The notes under the pieces were generated by a model. The model saw only the letters and a list, made by a program, of their open reading frames with translations, made no database searches and was not told where the DNA came from. Position numbers and translations under genes: made by a program. A stretch of DNA of 64,000 nucleotides from Candidatus Heimdallarchaeota archaeon (GTDB lineage Archaea > Asgardarchaeota > Heimdallarchaeia > Heimdallarchaeales > Heimdallarchaeaceae), in assembly GCA_016839945.1 (NCBI GenBank), contig JAEOTE010000027.1, positions 17,842-81,841 on the forward strand. The letters run 5' to 3'. Position 1 is the stretch's first letter; every line of letters begins with the position of its first letter. This document shows, piece by piece, positions 28,130 to 37,204 of this stretch.

Positions 28130-29350
28130 ATGGAAGAGCTTGAAAAAATGGAAAATCTCTCTACTAACTTACTTATTACAAGTATCCCATTTGTTGAAGC
28201 TGATTTAGGACTTTTCACAACTGTAATTATGACAGGAGATGAAGTAACACAAGATGTTTCAACAATTATGCAACTAGAAGAAGCTAAAGAGAGTATTAAC
28301 ATTCTAGATGAGTTTCCTGATAAAGAAATTATTTTCAAATCTTCAAAATATGAGTTTATAGATACATCTGAAGATAAAAGAAAAACACCTAGCCTCTATA
28401 TTATTAAACAAGATTACAATGAGATTTCTTTACTAAACATCATAGTTAGTCCAATTTCTGAGCTAAATATAACAAAAACTTCTGAGGTAATTGATTACAT
28501 AGCTCAATCAACAGCTGGTGTTTTTAGAAGAACTGATACATTAAGAAACAATGACAGTTTATCTGAAGAAGAACAACAAGATGAGTTGAGAAAGAACCTT
28601 CGAGATCTAGTTGAATTTTACCAATGGCAGATATTAAGTGAAGAGAGTCTTCAGAAGAGCACTGAACAAGGTGTTCAGGCTCCGATGATAACTAATTCCC
28701 TATTACTAAAAGCAGAGATTATCAGAGATCAAGTTCAATGTATGGGGGGTTGTGGTAAGACTTTTAGCAAAGAAACAGCTCCAGCAGGAGTTCAATGTGA
28801 GTGTGGAGGAGAAATTGTGATTACACCACCTTCATTAAATTTAGCAAAAGTTTCTTATGTTTACCCAGAAGGATTGAAAGAAATAATTAACAATGAAAAT
28901 GCTATAACTCCCGAGAGCTTATTGATGTATACTAAAGAATCCATTATGTCTCCTAAATTATTAACCTCATTAAACCAACTTTCTTCTTTGAAATTTCATG
29001 ATTTTATCTCAATACCATCAATGATAGGATATAAATCTAAACTTACTAATGATCTTATTAATGTTCATCTGAATTATTTTCTAAGTAGTGAGGATGAGAT
29101 TTATATTTTCACTTGTACAACTGACACTAGATATAGCGATCAGAGACTTGTTTCTGCAGTATCTTTACCAGTCATTATGAGAGCGTTTCAGTCAAATTTC
29201 CAAGGAGAAAATAACTGGAAAGAGGTTATACAAAGATCTGAATTAAAGGATTGGATAACTACTCCATTTGTGAAAATAAAAACATTGAATCAATTCTCAT
29301 CTTTATCAGATATCTTGGCACTTGAAATTAGGAGTGATAGCAATGAGTGA
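28130..29350 (+). CDS. Hypothetical protein with internal zinc ribbon, downstream of the GTPase
   Basis: CMGGC...CECGG; preceded by the SD-like GAGGAG. Confidence 0.65.
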   Translation: MEELEKMENLSTNLLITSIPFVEADLGLFTTVIMTGDEVTQDVSTIMQLEEAKESINILDEFPDKEIIFKSSKYEFIDTSEDKRKTPSLYIIKQDYNEISLLNIIVSPISELNITKTSEVIDYIAQSTAGVFRRTDTLRNNDSLSEEEQQDELRKNLRDLVEFYQWQILSEESLQKSTEQGVQAPMITNSLLLKAEIIRDQVQCMGGCGKTFSKETAPAGVQCECGGEIVITPPSLNLAKVSYVYPEGLKEIINNENAITPESLLMYTKESIMSPKLLTSLNQLSSLKFHDFISIPSMIGYKSKLTNDLINVHLNYFLSSEDEIYIFTCTTDTRYSDQRLVSAVSLPVIMRAFQSNFQGENNWKEVIQRSELKDWITTPFVKIKTLNQFSSLSDILALEIRSDSNE

Positions 29351-30632
29351 TGAAATTAAAGAATCACAGTCCTTCTTTTATTCCCCAAAAGATGTTGTTG
29401 ATGTAGTAAGTGAGTTTCAAAAACTCTTTTCTAAACTGGAATCAAATATCAAGCATTTCATTGTATCTCAACCAACATTCTTAATTGAATTGAGGAGAAA
29501 AATTAAAACAGAAATAGGGTTTCTATCACCACAAAAGAAAGATATGGCTTTGGCTATTTTTGGTATAATCGTTACAGAAGATATAATAAAGAAATATGAC
29601 CCTATCTTCTTTGCTGAGGATATCTCAGCTTTGATGGATGCTACAGATAAGAAAACATCATGTACAGATGATGAATTTATTGGATTGTTAACATCATTCC
29701 TGAATACTCTAAAAACAGTTACTCATTCAATCACTATAATAATAAACAACTTCATATCGTTGAAAAGCTTAAACCTTGAGGATAGAATAACAAGACAGAT
29801 TCTTATACAAAGGCATTTTTCAACTGCTTTAACAGAAGCTAACCTCTGCTTTGAAGTTGGAGAATTTAAAATAGATTTACGTTTCATTATTTCCATATTT
29901 GCACATATTATAGAAAAACTATTAGAAGAAAATGAAGTTATTGAAAAAGCAAAATCTGCTGGTATGATATATGAAGGGATAATTAAAACATACCCATTGA
30001 AAGAGGGTGAAGATATTCTCTATGATATAATCAATATTAATATAATTGAGTCCTATTATGATTTGATTTCTCAAGCTTTCGAATCAAAGATTCAGAAAAG
30101 ACTAGAAGTAGCTCATGAACAGCAAGTTGAAATTCAAAGAGAATTTCAAAGATCATCAGAACAACAAACAGATCAAGGTAGAATAGAACAAATTTTGGCT
30201 TCTATTGAGCAAGCACTTTATGAAGTAATGAAAATTCAAAGAGAAATGACAGAAGCTAAACGTCAAAACCTAGAGAAAAACATTGAGAAAGTTATGCGAA
30301 GATTAGCTATTGAAGAGTTTGGTGTTCAAGATATAGCTGATCAACAAAAGTATATGCAATATGTCTTAGATACTTGGTTTAGTATATTCGAGGAATACCC
30401 ACAAATGTGTTTACCTCTAATCGATGTAAAACAGTATACCAAATTTGTTTCAGATCCTGTTGAATATATTGAAGAAAATAAACAAACGATAATACAGCAA
30501 CTTCAATTTAAGATAAGAAGGCATACTACAGGTGAAAGATTCACTCCAGGTAATTTGGCTAATGCTTTTTCCCATATAATTTATGAAATAACTACAAATT
30601 CTTCAGTACTAACTCTAACTTTTGATAAATAA
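29343..30632 (+). CDS. Hypothetical alpha-helical/coiled-coil protein
   Basis: Long ORF overlapping the upstream stop; Gln/Glu-rich coiled segment; start moved to ATG 29343. Confidence 0.65.
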   Translation: MSDEIKESQSFFYSPKDVVDVVSEFQKLFSKLESNIKHFIVSQPTFLIELRRKIKTEIGFLSPQKKDMALAIFGIIVTEDIIKKYDPIFFAEDISALMDATDKKTSCTDDEFIGLLTSFLNTLKTVTHSITIIINNFISLKSLNLEDRITRQILIQRHFSTALTEANLCFEVGEFKIDLRFIISIFAHIIEKLLEENEVIEKAKSAGMIYEGIIKTYPLKEGEDILYDIININIIESYYDLISQAFESKIQKRLEVAHEQQVEIQREFQRSSEQQTDQGRIEQILASIEQALYEVMKIQREMTEAKRQNLEKNIEKVMRRLAIEEFGVQDIADQQKYMQYVLDTWFSIFEEYPQMCLPLIDVKQYTKFVSDPVEYIEENKQTIIQQLQFKIRRHTTGERFTPGNLANAFSHIIYEITTNSSVLTLTFDK

Positions 30633-30763
30633 GAATAACTCCCTCCTACGCATTTGGTAATACTGCTTCAAGAAAAAATACTTAAAAAAACTTCGATTGA
30701 AGAAGAAACTGCCTAGACAACAAAAAAAAGAATAAATTTTTATCATAGAAAGAAACTGACTTC

Positions 30764-31609
30764 TTGATGAGTGAAGAAATTGAATTTAAAGAAATGAAAG
30801 ATTTTGGTGAATACGACATTCTAGAGGACATTCAAAAAGATGCTTGGGGAATGCCTGCAAGAGAGTTAGTCCCCAAAAGGTTAATGTATGCCACACTCAA
30901 AAGTGGGGGGGTAGTTATTGGTGCTTACAAGGGAGAAGAGATTATAGGTTATTGCTGGGGTTGGGTCGGAAAAAAAGAAAAAAACGAATTTTTCATTTAC
31001 TCTCATCACAATGCTGTAAGAAAAGAGTACCAGAACAGTAGTATTGGATACAATTTGAAATTAAAACAAAGAGAATGGGCTCTAGATCATGGTTATGAAC
31101 AAATAAACTGGACATTTGATCCACTTCAATCTAAAAACTGTTACTTGAATTTTCACAAATTGGGAGTAGTTTGCAATTCTTACAATACAAAATATTGGGG
31201 AGACATGCATGACAATCTCAATAGAGGTATTGATACAGATCGTTTCTACTGTAATTGGATCTTGAATTCTCAAAATGTTCAAAAACATATCAAACAAGAT
31301 TTTACTGATTACAGCAAGCTAAGTTTACATCGAAAGTATCATACCATTGAAACGGAAATGGAAGACGCTTTTGTTTGTGTCAGAAAGATAAAACTTGAAC
31401 TTGAATTACCAATACTGTTTGCTAGAACTCCTCCTAATTTTCAAGAAATATTAGAAAACAATATAGAATTAATTAAAGATTGGAGAGAGAAAACTAGAGA
31501 AGTTTTTACAACATATTTTCAAAATGGTTACAAAGTTGTAGATTTTGTTATCAGGAAAATTCCAGAAGTAGTAGATTGTTTCCACGTATTGAAAAAAAAT
31601 GAGGATTAG
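30764..31609 (+). CDS. GNAT-family N-acyltransferase (D-amino-acid N-succinyltransferase-like)
   Basis: SGGVVIGAY, YSHHNAV, IGYNLKLKQRE.AL, WTFDPLQ..N.Y.NF.KLG, TDRF..W; adjacent to NSAR/OSBS. Confidence 0.85.
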   Translation: MMSEEIEFKEMKDFGEYDILEDIQKDAWGMPARELVPKRLMYATLKSGGVVIGAYKGEEIIGYCWGWVGKKEKNEFFIYSHHNAVRKEYQNSSIGYNLKLKQREWALDHGYEQINWTFDPLQSKNCYLNFHKLGVVCNSYNTKYWGDMHDNLNRGIDTDRFYCNWILNSQNVQKHIKQDFTDYSKLSLHRKYHTIETEMEDAFVCVRKIKLELELPILFARTPPNFQEILENNIELIKDWREKTREVFTTYFQNGYKVVDFVIRKIPEVVDCFHVLKKNED

Positions 31610-31665
31610 TACAAATATATATAGTGAATTATTGTTTATTATGCAAATACATACATGGTGTTAAA

Positions 31666-32772
31666 ATGAAGATAGATAAAATTGGGATATTCCTTGTTAA
31701 AATGGAGTTAAAACACCCTTTCAGAACAAGCTTTGGAGTTACAAAAGAACGAGATGTATTATTAGTCAGTCTGCACTCGGGAGATAAAACTGGGTGGGGA
31801 GAATGTGTAGCAGAACATGGACCATGGTATAGTGAAGAGACAATTACATCATGTAAACACACAATCACAGAATATATTATTCCTTGGATAAAGAAAGCTA
31901 AATTTGACCACCCCAAAGAATTTCCAAGTATTGTTCAAAAAATCAAAGGGAACCATATGGCTAAAGCATGTGTTGAAGATGCGATTTGGGATTTATATGG
32001 TAAATTAGAAGAAAAAACTCTCAGAGAATTAATTAAGGGAGAGAAAAAAACGATCCCTTCGGGAATATCTTTAGGTATTCAACAGGATTTTGAAACATTA
32101 TTAAAGAAAATTCAAAATGCAATTGAGCAAAAATACAAAAGAATTAAGATAAAAATCGAACCAGGTTGGGATGTTGAAATAGTTAGAAAAATTAGGGATA
32201 AGTATTCTGATTTACCATTAATGGTTGATGCTAACAGTGCTTACAGATTAAAAGATGAGGATGTCTTCTTAGCCCTAGACAAATATGATTTAATGATGAT
32301 AGAACAACCTCTCCAAAGTTATGATATTATGGATCATGTCAAACTGCAGAAGAAACTAAGCACTCCACTTTGTTTAGATGAATCAATAAAATCTGTTGAT
32401 GACGCCAGAGTAGCAATTGAGTATGATGCATGTAAAATCATAAATGTAAAACCTGCAAGAGTAGGAGGAATAACTGAAACATTGAAAATTCACGAATTAG
32501 CTGATTTACTTAAAATACCTTTATGGTGTGGAGGTATGCTAGAAACTGGAATAGGTAGAGCAAAAAATGTTGCAGTAGCTAGTTTGTCAACATTTACGTT
32601 ACCAAATGACATTAGTGAAAGTGCAAGATATTATACAAATTATCTAATAGATCCAATTTTTGAATTAACAGAGAATGGAACACTAGATGTACCATCTAAA
32701 CTTCCAGGAATTGGAGTTTCAATTAAGAATGAAGCAATAGAAAGAAACCTAAAAGAGAAATTAGAATTGTAA
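31666..32772 (+). CDS. menC: o-Succinylbenzoate synthase / N-succinylamino acid racemase (enolase superfamily)
   Basis: PFRTSFG, GWGEC, RIKIKI.PGWD, MVDAN, IEQPL, CLDES, NVKPARVGG, WCGGMLETGIGRA, PNDIS; start at ATG 31666. Confidence 0.92.
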   Translation: MKIDKIGIFLVKMELKHPFRTSFGVTKERDVLLVSLHSGDKTGWGECVAEHGPWYSEETITSCKHTITEYIIPWIKKAKFDHPKEFPSIVQKIKGNHMAKACVEDAIWDLYGKLEEKTLRELIKGEKKTIPSGISLGIQQDFETLLKKIQNAIEQKYKRIKIKIEPGWDVEIVRKIRDKYSDLPLMVDANSAYRLKDEDVFLALDKYDLMMIEQPLQSYDIMDHVKLQKKLSTPLCLDESIKSVDDARVAIEYDACKIINVKPARVGGITETLKIHELADLLKIPLWCGGMLETGIGRAKNVAVASLSTFTLPNDISESARYYTNYLIDPIFELTENGTLDVPSKLPGIGVSIKNEAIERNLKEKLEL

Positions 32773-32788
32773 ATATCAAGTTTTTCTT

Positions 32789-33796
32789 TTATACTTCTAA
32801 TGGAGATATTGTCCAAAAAATAGCTTCTAACATCTTCGATTTAAAATCATATGTAGTTGTGAAACTTGCTGAAAAGAATGGCATTCCAGCAATATAACGT
32901 TGAAGTCCTGTGAAAAATTTTGCATAAGAAGTGCTTGCTTTTTCAATGTTATCTGGTAGAGAAACTACAAGTGCAATTTTCAGATTTGACTTCAAATTTG
33001 AAAGTAAATCAAATATTGGTTTGTATTTTTTAGTACCTACATCTACTAAGAATATCAAAGCTTCTTGGGAATTTATGAAATCTTCATCTGCATGAGTATC
33101 TCTTCTGAAATTAAAAGAATAGTTTGCAGTTTTAATCAATGCTTTATTTTCATCATAATTAGTTTCTTTATAGGGAAGTGATGAAAGAAAAGAGGAGTAA
33201 TAGGTTTTTACTAAACTTATGTATTCTTTTGGATAGATAATTGCAAGATTTTTTCGCTTTATTCTCTTTTTCGAAGCTTCTTTAACAACTAAGAAATCTA
33301 TGATTTGCTCAGACAGAGTACTTGCTTGTTGAGAGCTAAGTAAATTTGTTACAATTTTATTATATGATTTTATGATATCGCCTAAGAAAGTTTTGTTAAT
33401 TTCTTCAATTTTATAGACATTATGAAATTTATAAATCAGAATTTTTGCCAGTTCTTCGCGAAAAGCATCTATTTTTGATACCATTTCAGGTACTAACATT
33501 AGGATTAATCCTAGTGTTTTCTTCTTCATCCTTTTATCTTTCATTTTCTTATCTTCAACAATAAAAGAAAAAGCATATTGAACAAAACCAGAAGAAAAAG
33601 CAAAAGGAAATGGTCCAAATAATTCTGAAGGTAAATCATCAAGTGTTATCATACCTTGAAACACTAGAGAATAAGTTATTGATCCAGAAAATTGGAATTT
33701 CTCAATTACTGTTTCATCAAACTCAACATTTTTGTCTACTACCATGTTTACGAGACTAGGTCCAACATCTTCTAGTTTGAACAAACAAATAAGCAT
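32789..33796 (-). CDS. Hypothetical protein: longin/uDENN-like N-terminal domain plus degenerate small-GTPase-like domain
   Basis: FKLEDVGP..FGPFPF..FIVEDKKMKDKR N-terminus (cf. 8512); C-terminal EALIFLVDV, IALVVS, PFFSAS; no P-loop. Confidence 0.5.
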   Translation of the reverse strand: MLICLFKLEDVGPSLVNMVVDKNVEFDETVIEKFQFSGSITYSLVFQGMITLDDLPSELFGPFPFAFSSGFVQYAFSFIVEDKKMKDKRMKKKTLGLILMLVPEMVSKIDAFREELAKILIYKFHNVYKIEEINKTFLGDIIKSYNKIVTNLLSSQQASTLSEQIIDFLVVKEASKKRIKRKNLAIIYPKEYISLVKTYYSSFLSSLPYKETNYDENKALIKTANYSFNFRRDTHADEDFINSQEALIFLVDVGTKKYKPIFDLLSNLKSNLKIALVVSLPDNIEKASTSYAKFFTGLQRYIAGMPFFSASFTTTYDFKSKMLEAIFWTISPLEV

Positions 33797-33835
33797 GTTT
33801 TTAGTAATGCAGATTCACTTTAAAATCTATTGTTG

Positions 33836-34351
33836 TTATGATAAAAGCTGGGAGATGAGAGAAATTACTTCTTCTTCATTCTTAGCTTCATAAATCACAT
33901 CTAATCTTTTATTGTCAATCTTTTCTCCTGCTAATTTGTCAGACCAACCACCTGATGTAGAAATTGATATTATTTTTTTATTCATTTGCCATGCAAATGC
34001 TATTTCAGAAAGAGTTCCTGCTCCTCCACCAATTGAAATTACGATATCAGAGGATGCAATTATTATCTGATTTCTTGAATAAGACATACCTGTAGCTATT
34101 TTTATGTCTATGTAAGGATTCGTTGAAGAAGTATCTAAAGAAGGGAGGATACCAACAGTCATACCTTCTTTATAATTTGATGATTCTTTTGCTCCTTTAC
34201 ATATTGAACTCATAACTCCCCCTAAACCTCCGCACAAAATTCTATAATCATTATCAATTAATAATTGTCCTAGTTTCTCTGTCATTTTACTTAGATCTGA
34301 ATTTTCTGCTATATCTCCAAAACCTATAACAGCAACTTGTACTTTTACCAT
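33836..34351 (-). CDS. LOG/SLOG family protein (TIGR00725-like)
   Basis: CGGLGGVM, TVGILP, ATGM..SRN, GGGAGTLSEIAFA. Confidence 0.92.
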   Translation of the reverse strand: MVKVQVAVIGFGDIAENSDLSKMTEKLGQLLIDNDYRILCGGLGGVMSSICKGAKESSNYKEGMTVGILPSLDTSSTNPYIDIKIATGMSYSRNQIIIASSDIVISIGGGAGTLSEIAFAWQMNKKIISISTSGGWSDKLAGEKIDNKRLDVIYEAKNEEEVISLISQLLS

Positions 34352-34391
34352 AAATGAAATTAAAAGTTAAAGGTAAAAAATATATCTGAAA

Positions 34392-36971
34392 TTAAGACTC
34401 TTCTTTATGCATTTTACTAATATGCATTTTTAATCCACGAGAAGATTTGAATGATTTATCACAATTTGGGCATTCAAAACTTAGTTCTTCCTCAGGTTCT
34501 TCCTTAACTTCTATCTTAGGTTCTTTAATTTCCTCAGTAACTTCTTCTTTAACTTCCTCTACTACTTCTTCTTCAGCTTCTTCAGTGACTTCATCCTTAG
34601 CTGCTTCTTCAATTTCTTCCTTAACTATATACAATCGACCATCTAAAAGTTCTATACGAGCTGAAATTTCTTCCTTAAGAATCATATCATAGATTATTTT
34701 TTCTGTTTTTTCAATTGGGTGACCAATCCTTTCAGCAAATAATTCTAGTGGAATAGATCCAACTTTTGAAAGACTAACAATATATTTTCTTTTTGTCATC
34801 TCATATTCAATAGTTTCAGGAATTGTTCTTCCTTCAAGTGTTTCTAATAATTGCTCGTAAGTTCCATCTTTGTATGTTTTAAGTATGTTTTGAACAATAG
34901 TTTTGAATGAATCACTAGCATGTAAATCTGATAGCTGAGTAATAAAATCTTCAATTGTTTTCATTGAATCGCACATAATTAGAGAGATACCAACAGAAAA
35001 ACCATCAAACATAGATAAAAATAGAATAATTCTTTCTAATAATTGATTATTAGATTCTTCTTTTTCAGCTTCTGAACCATATATCTTAACTAATACCCTA
35101 GTAACAAGATTTTGTAATTCAACATCTGTTACTGCAAAAACGTTCACAAGTCTTCTGAGTTTGTTTTCTAAGTAGATATCATCTGTTTCCATATATTTCA
35201 AGATGAAACTTTCAACAGTGAATTTTGCAACTAATAATGAACTTTTTACAACTAAAGCAGCTGTTCTAACATTTTGATAGAATTCTTTCTCTTCTTTTGT
35301 ATTAATTGTAGCTTCTAATAACTCTTCTAATCTTTCTGTGTAAAAATCTGGTTTATGAGCTGAGAGATAAGTAATTATTGTGGCTATTTTCTCTTCAGGA
35401 TTTCTTTCTCTCAATGTGAATAGCTTCTTCATCATCATTTGATATATTTTGTCTATCAAGAATGGGTTGTTATGTAAAGAGAGTAAATCAGAAAATACAA
35501 CTTCAACTCCTGCAGCATCAGAAGCAATAGCTCTGTCTATAAATGAAGATATAATGTGTTCATCAACATCCAGAGAATCTAAATCTTCCAACTCAAACTG
35601 TGTTATTTGTTCAATTCCTGGTAGAGCAAATTGATTATCTCCTTTGGAGAGTACAATTTCACTAGGTTCGATTTGATCTTTTGGTGGAGGTGTTGGAATA
35701 GATGTTGTTTCTGTATCTATAACTTCCATCTCAAATTCATCTGTAAGAGATTCAACTTCACCTTCAGTGTCTTCAATTAATATAGTTGGTTCATCACTTT
35801 TTTCCTCTTCCACTTCTGGTTGGGTTTCTTCAACCAAAAACGTTCTAACTTCTTCTGCTACTTCATCAATAGTATGTAGTACTTCTTCTTGTTCTTCTTC
35901 TTTCTTAGATTCTCTTGCTCTGAAAAGATTTACAAGTTTTTCTCTTAACCCTTCTATAGCTTTTCTAGGCTCTACTTGGATTGTTTCTAATGAAAGATCA
36001 ATTGATTTTAGCAATGTATCAAGAAATTCCGTAGATTTTTGATTTTCTGAAGTTAAATTCTCAACAATTACTGTTATTCCAGATTCTCTTAGTTTTGGAA
36101 CAAGATCCATGTTTTTCTCATCAATTATTACAGTATCAACTGATTCTTCCATGAGACTTACAAGGTTTTCAAGGCTAGGTTCAAATTCGGATTTTTGTAA
36201 GATGTTTTGTTCTAGTTGAGTAATTTCATTTCCAGGCCAAAAAGGTGATACAAAAGCAATTTCACCAGATGTTTTTTGCAAAACATCTCTGAATGCTGAG
36301 GATTGTAAAACAACAAACATTGATACAATGTCTGTTGGTATAATTATAACTCCAGAAGCTGACACAATCCTTTTTGTTGCTTCATTGCAGACTTTCATCT
36401 TATCAATTGCTTCTAAATCTATTATTCCTGTAATTTCAACATCATTTTGTTCTTTGGTTTTATTATTATTTTTTGCATTTGTTTTTTTCAATTCTAACTC
36501 ATTAGAAACAAGGAATTGACGAACAGGAACTTCAACATCTCCTTCTTTGATATGAAGAATCCTGGTTTCTTCAAAAAGTGGGAAAATAAACTCATCCTCA
36601 AAAATTGCTTTTGAAATTTGTTTCCACGCAGTTAGATAGTCTTTTGTCTCTGGTTTAACATTTGTTGCATACTTCGATATTAAATAATTCAAAGTAGATA
36701 GATGAAGTGGATTGTAAAATTCAAAAAATTGACCAAGAGTTTCAAAAACTGCTAAAGAATCCATACTCTGTTTTGCAATAATCTCAATTACATTAGTAAA
36801 CTCTAAACTATAGTTTAGGATTTTGGATGGATCAGCGTGGTGAATCTGAAAGTCCAGAGAGTTATTAGTTATGATCGAAAAGGGAATAATTTCTTTGTTT
36901 AGTATTTCCTCAAGGAAGGGACTTACTCTACACCCCACGCAGATTATTGCTATTTCTTGTTCTGATGACAT
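34392..36971 (-). CDS. Multidomain protein: degenerate CofD/YvcK-like domain, acidic linker, helical solenoid + PCI domain, C-terminal C2H2 zinc finger
   Basis: EATKRIVSASGVIIIP..FVSPF..DTVIIDE (CofD-like); IPLELFAERIG..EKTEKIIYDMILKEEISARI (PCI); FECPNCDKSFKSSRGLKMHISKMH. Confidence 0.65.
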   Translation of the reverse strand: MSSEQEIAIICVGCRVSPFLEEILNKEIIPFSIITNNSLDFQIHHADPSKILNYSLEFTNVIEIIAKQSMDSLAVFETLGQFFEFYNPLHLSTLNYLISKYATNVKPETKDYLTAWKQISKAIFEDEFIFPLFEETRILHIKEGDVEVPVRQFLVSNELELKKTNAKNNNKTKEQNDVEITGIIDLEAIDKMKVCNEATKRIVSASGVIIIPTDIVSMFVVLQSSAFRDVLQKTSGEIAFVSPFWPGNEITQLEQNILQKSEFEPSLENLVSLMEESVDTVIIDEKNMDLVPKLRESGITVIVENLTSENQKSTEFLDTLLKSIDLSLETIQVEPRKAIEGLREKLVNLFRARESKKEEEQEEVLHTIDEVAEEVRTFLVEETQPEVEEEKSDEPTILIEDTEGEVESLTDEFEMEVIDTETTSIPTPPPKDQIEPSEIVLSKGDNQFALPGIEQITQFELEDLDSLDVDEHIISSFIDRAIASDAAGVEVVFSDLLSLHNNPFLIDKIYQMMMKKLFTLRERNPEEKIATIITYLSAHKPDFYTERLEELLEATINTKEEKEFYQNVRTAALVVKSSLLVAKFTVESFILKYMETDDIYLENKLRRLVNVFAVTDVELQNLVTRVLVKIYGSEAEKEESNNQLLERIILFLSMFDGFSVGISLIMCDSMKTIEDFITQLSDLHASDSFKTIVQNILKTYKDGTYEQLLETLEGRTIPETIEYEMTKRKYIVSLSKVGSIPLELFAERIGHPIEKTEKIIYDMILKEEISARIELLDGRLYIVKEEIEEAAKDEVTEEAEEEVVEEVKEEVTEEIKEPKIEVKEEPEEELSFECPNCDKSFKSSRGLKMHISKMHKEES

Positions 36972-37204
36972 TAATTAGACACCAAATATGGATTCTGCGG
37001 ATAGTTCACCTATCGAATATACACATGACTATGTGAGAATTGCATTCATAAACGTTGTCATGGGTTACATAGGCATCCTTTCAAACTAGAACCCTTTTAC
37101 ACTTACAAAAGTTCATTTCTTTATAAACTAAAACTATTAAATAAAATCATAACTTTGAGAAAATATACTCAATTAGAAGCAAAAATAACGATTTTTTACT
37201 AATA

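Noticed and set aside
30633-30763. CTTCAA...TTGAAG inverted repeat as a terminator or operator
   Set aside because: Only 6 bp with a long A-rich loop; expected by chance in AT-rich DNA.
34447-36519. Ser-rich plus-strand ORFs (34447, 35449, 35767, 36328)
   Set aside because: Antisense reading of Glu-rich GAA codons in the 859-aa gene.
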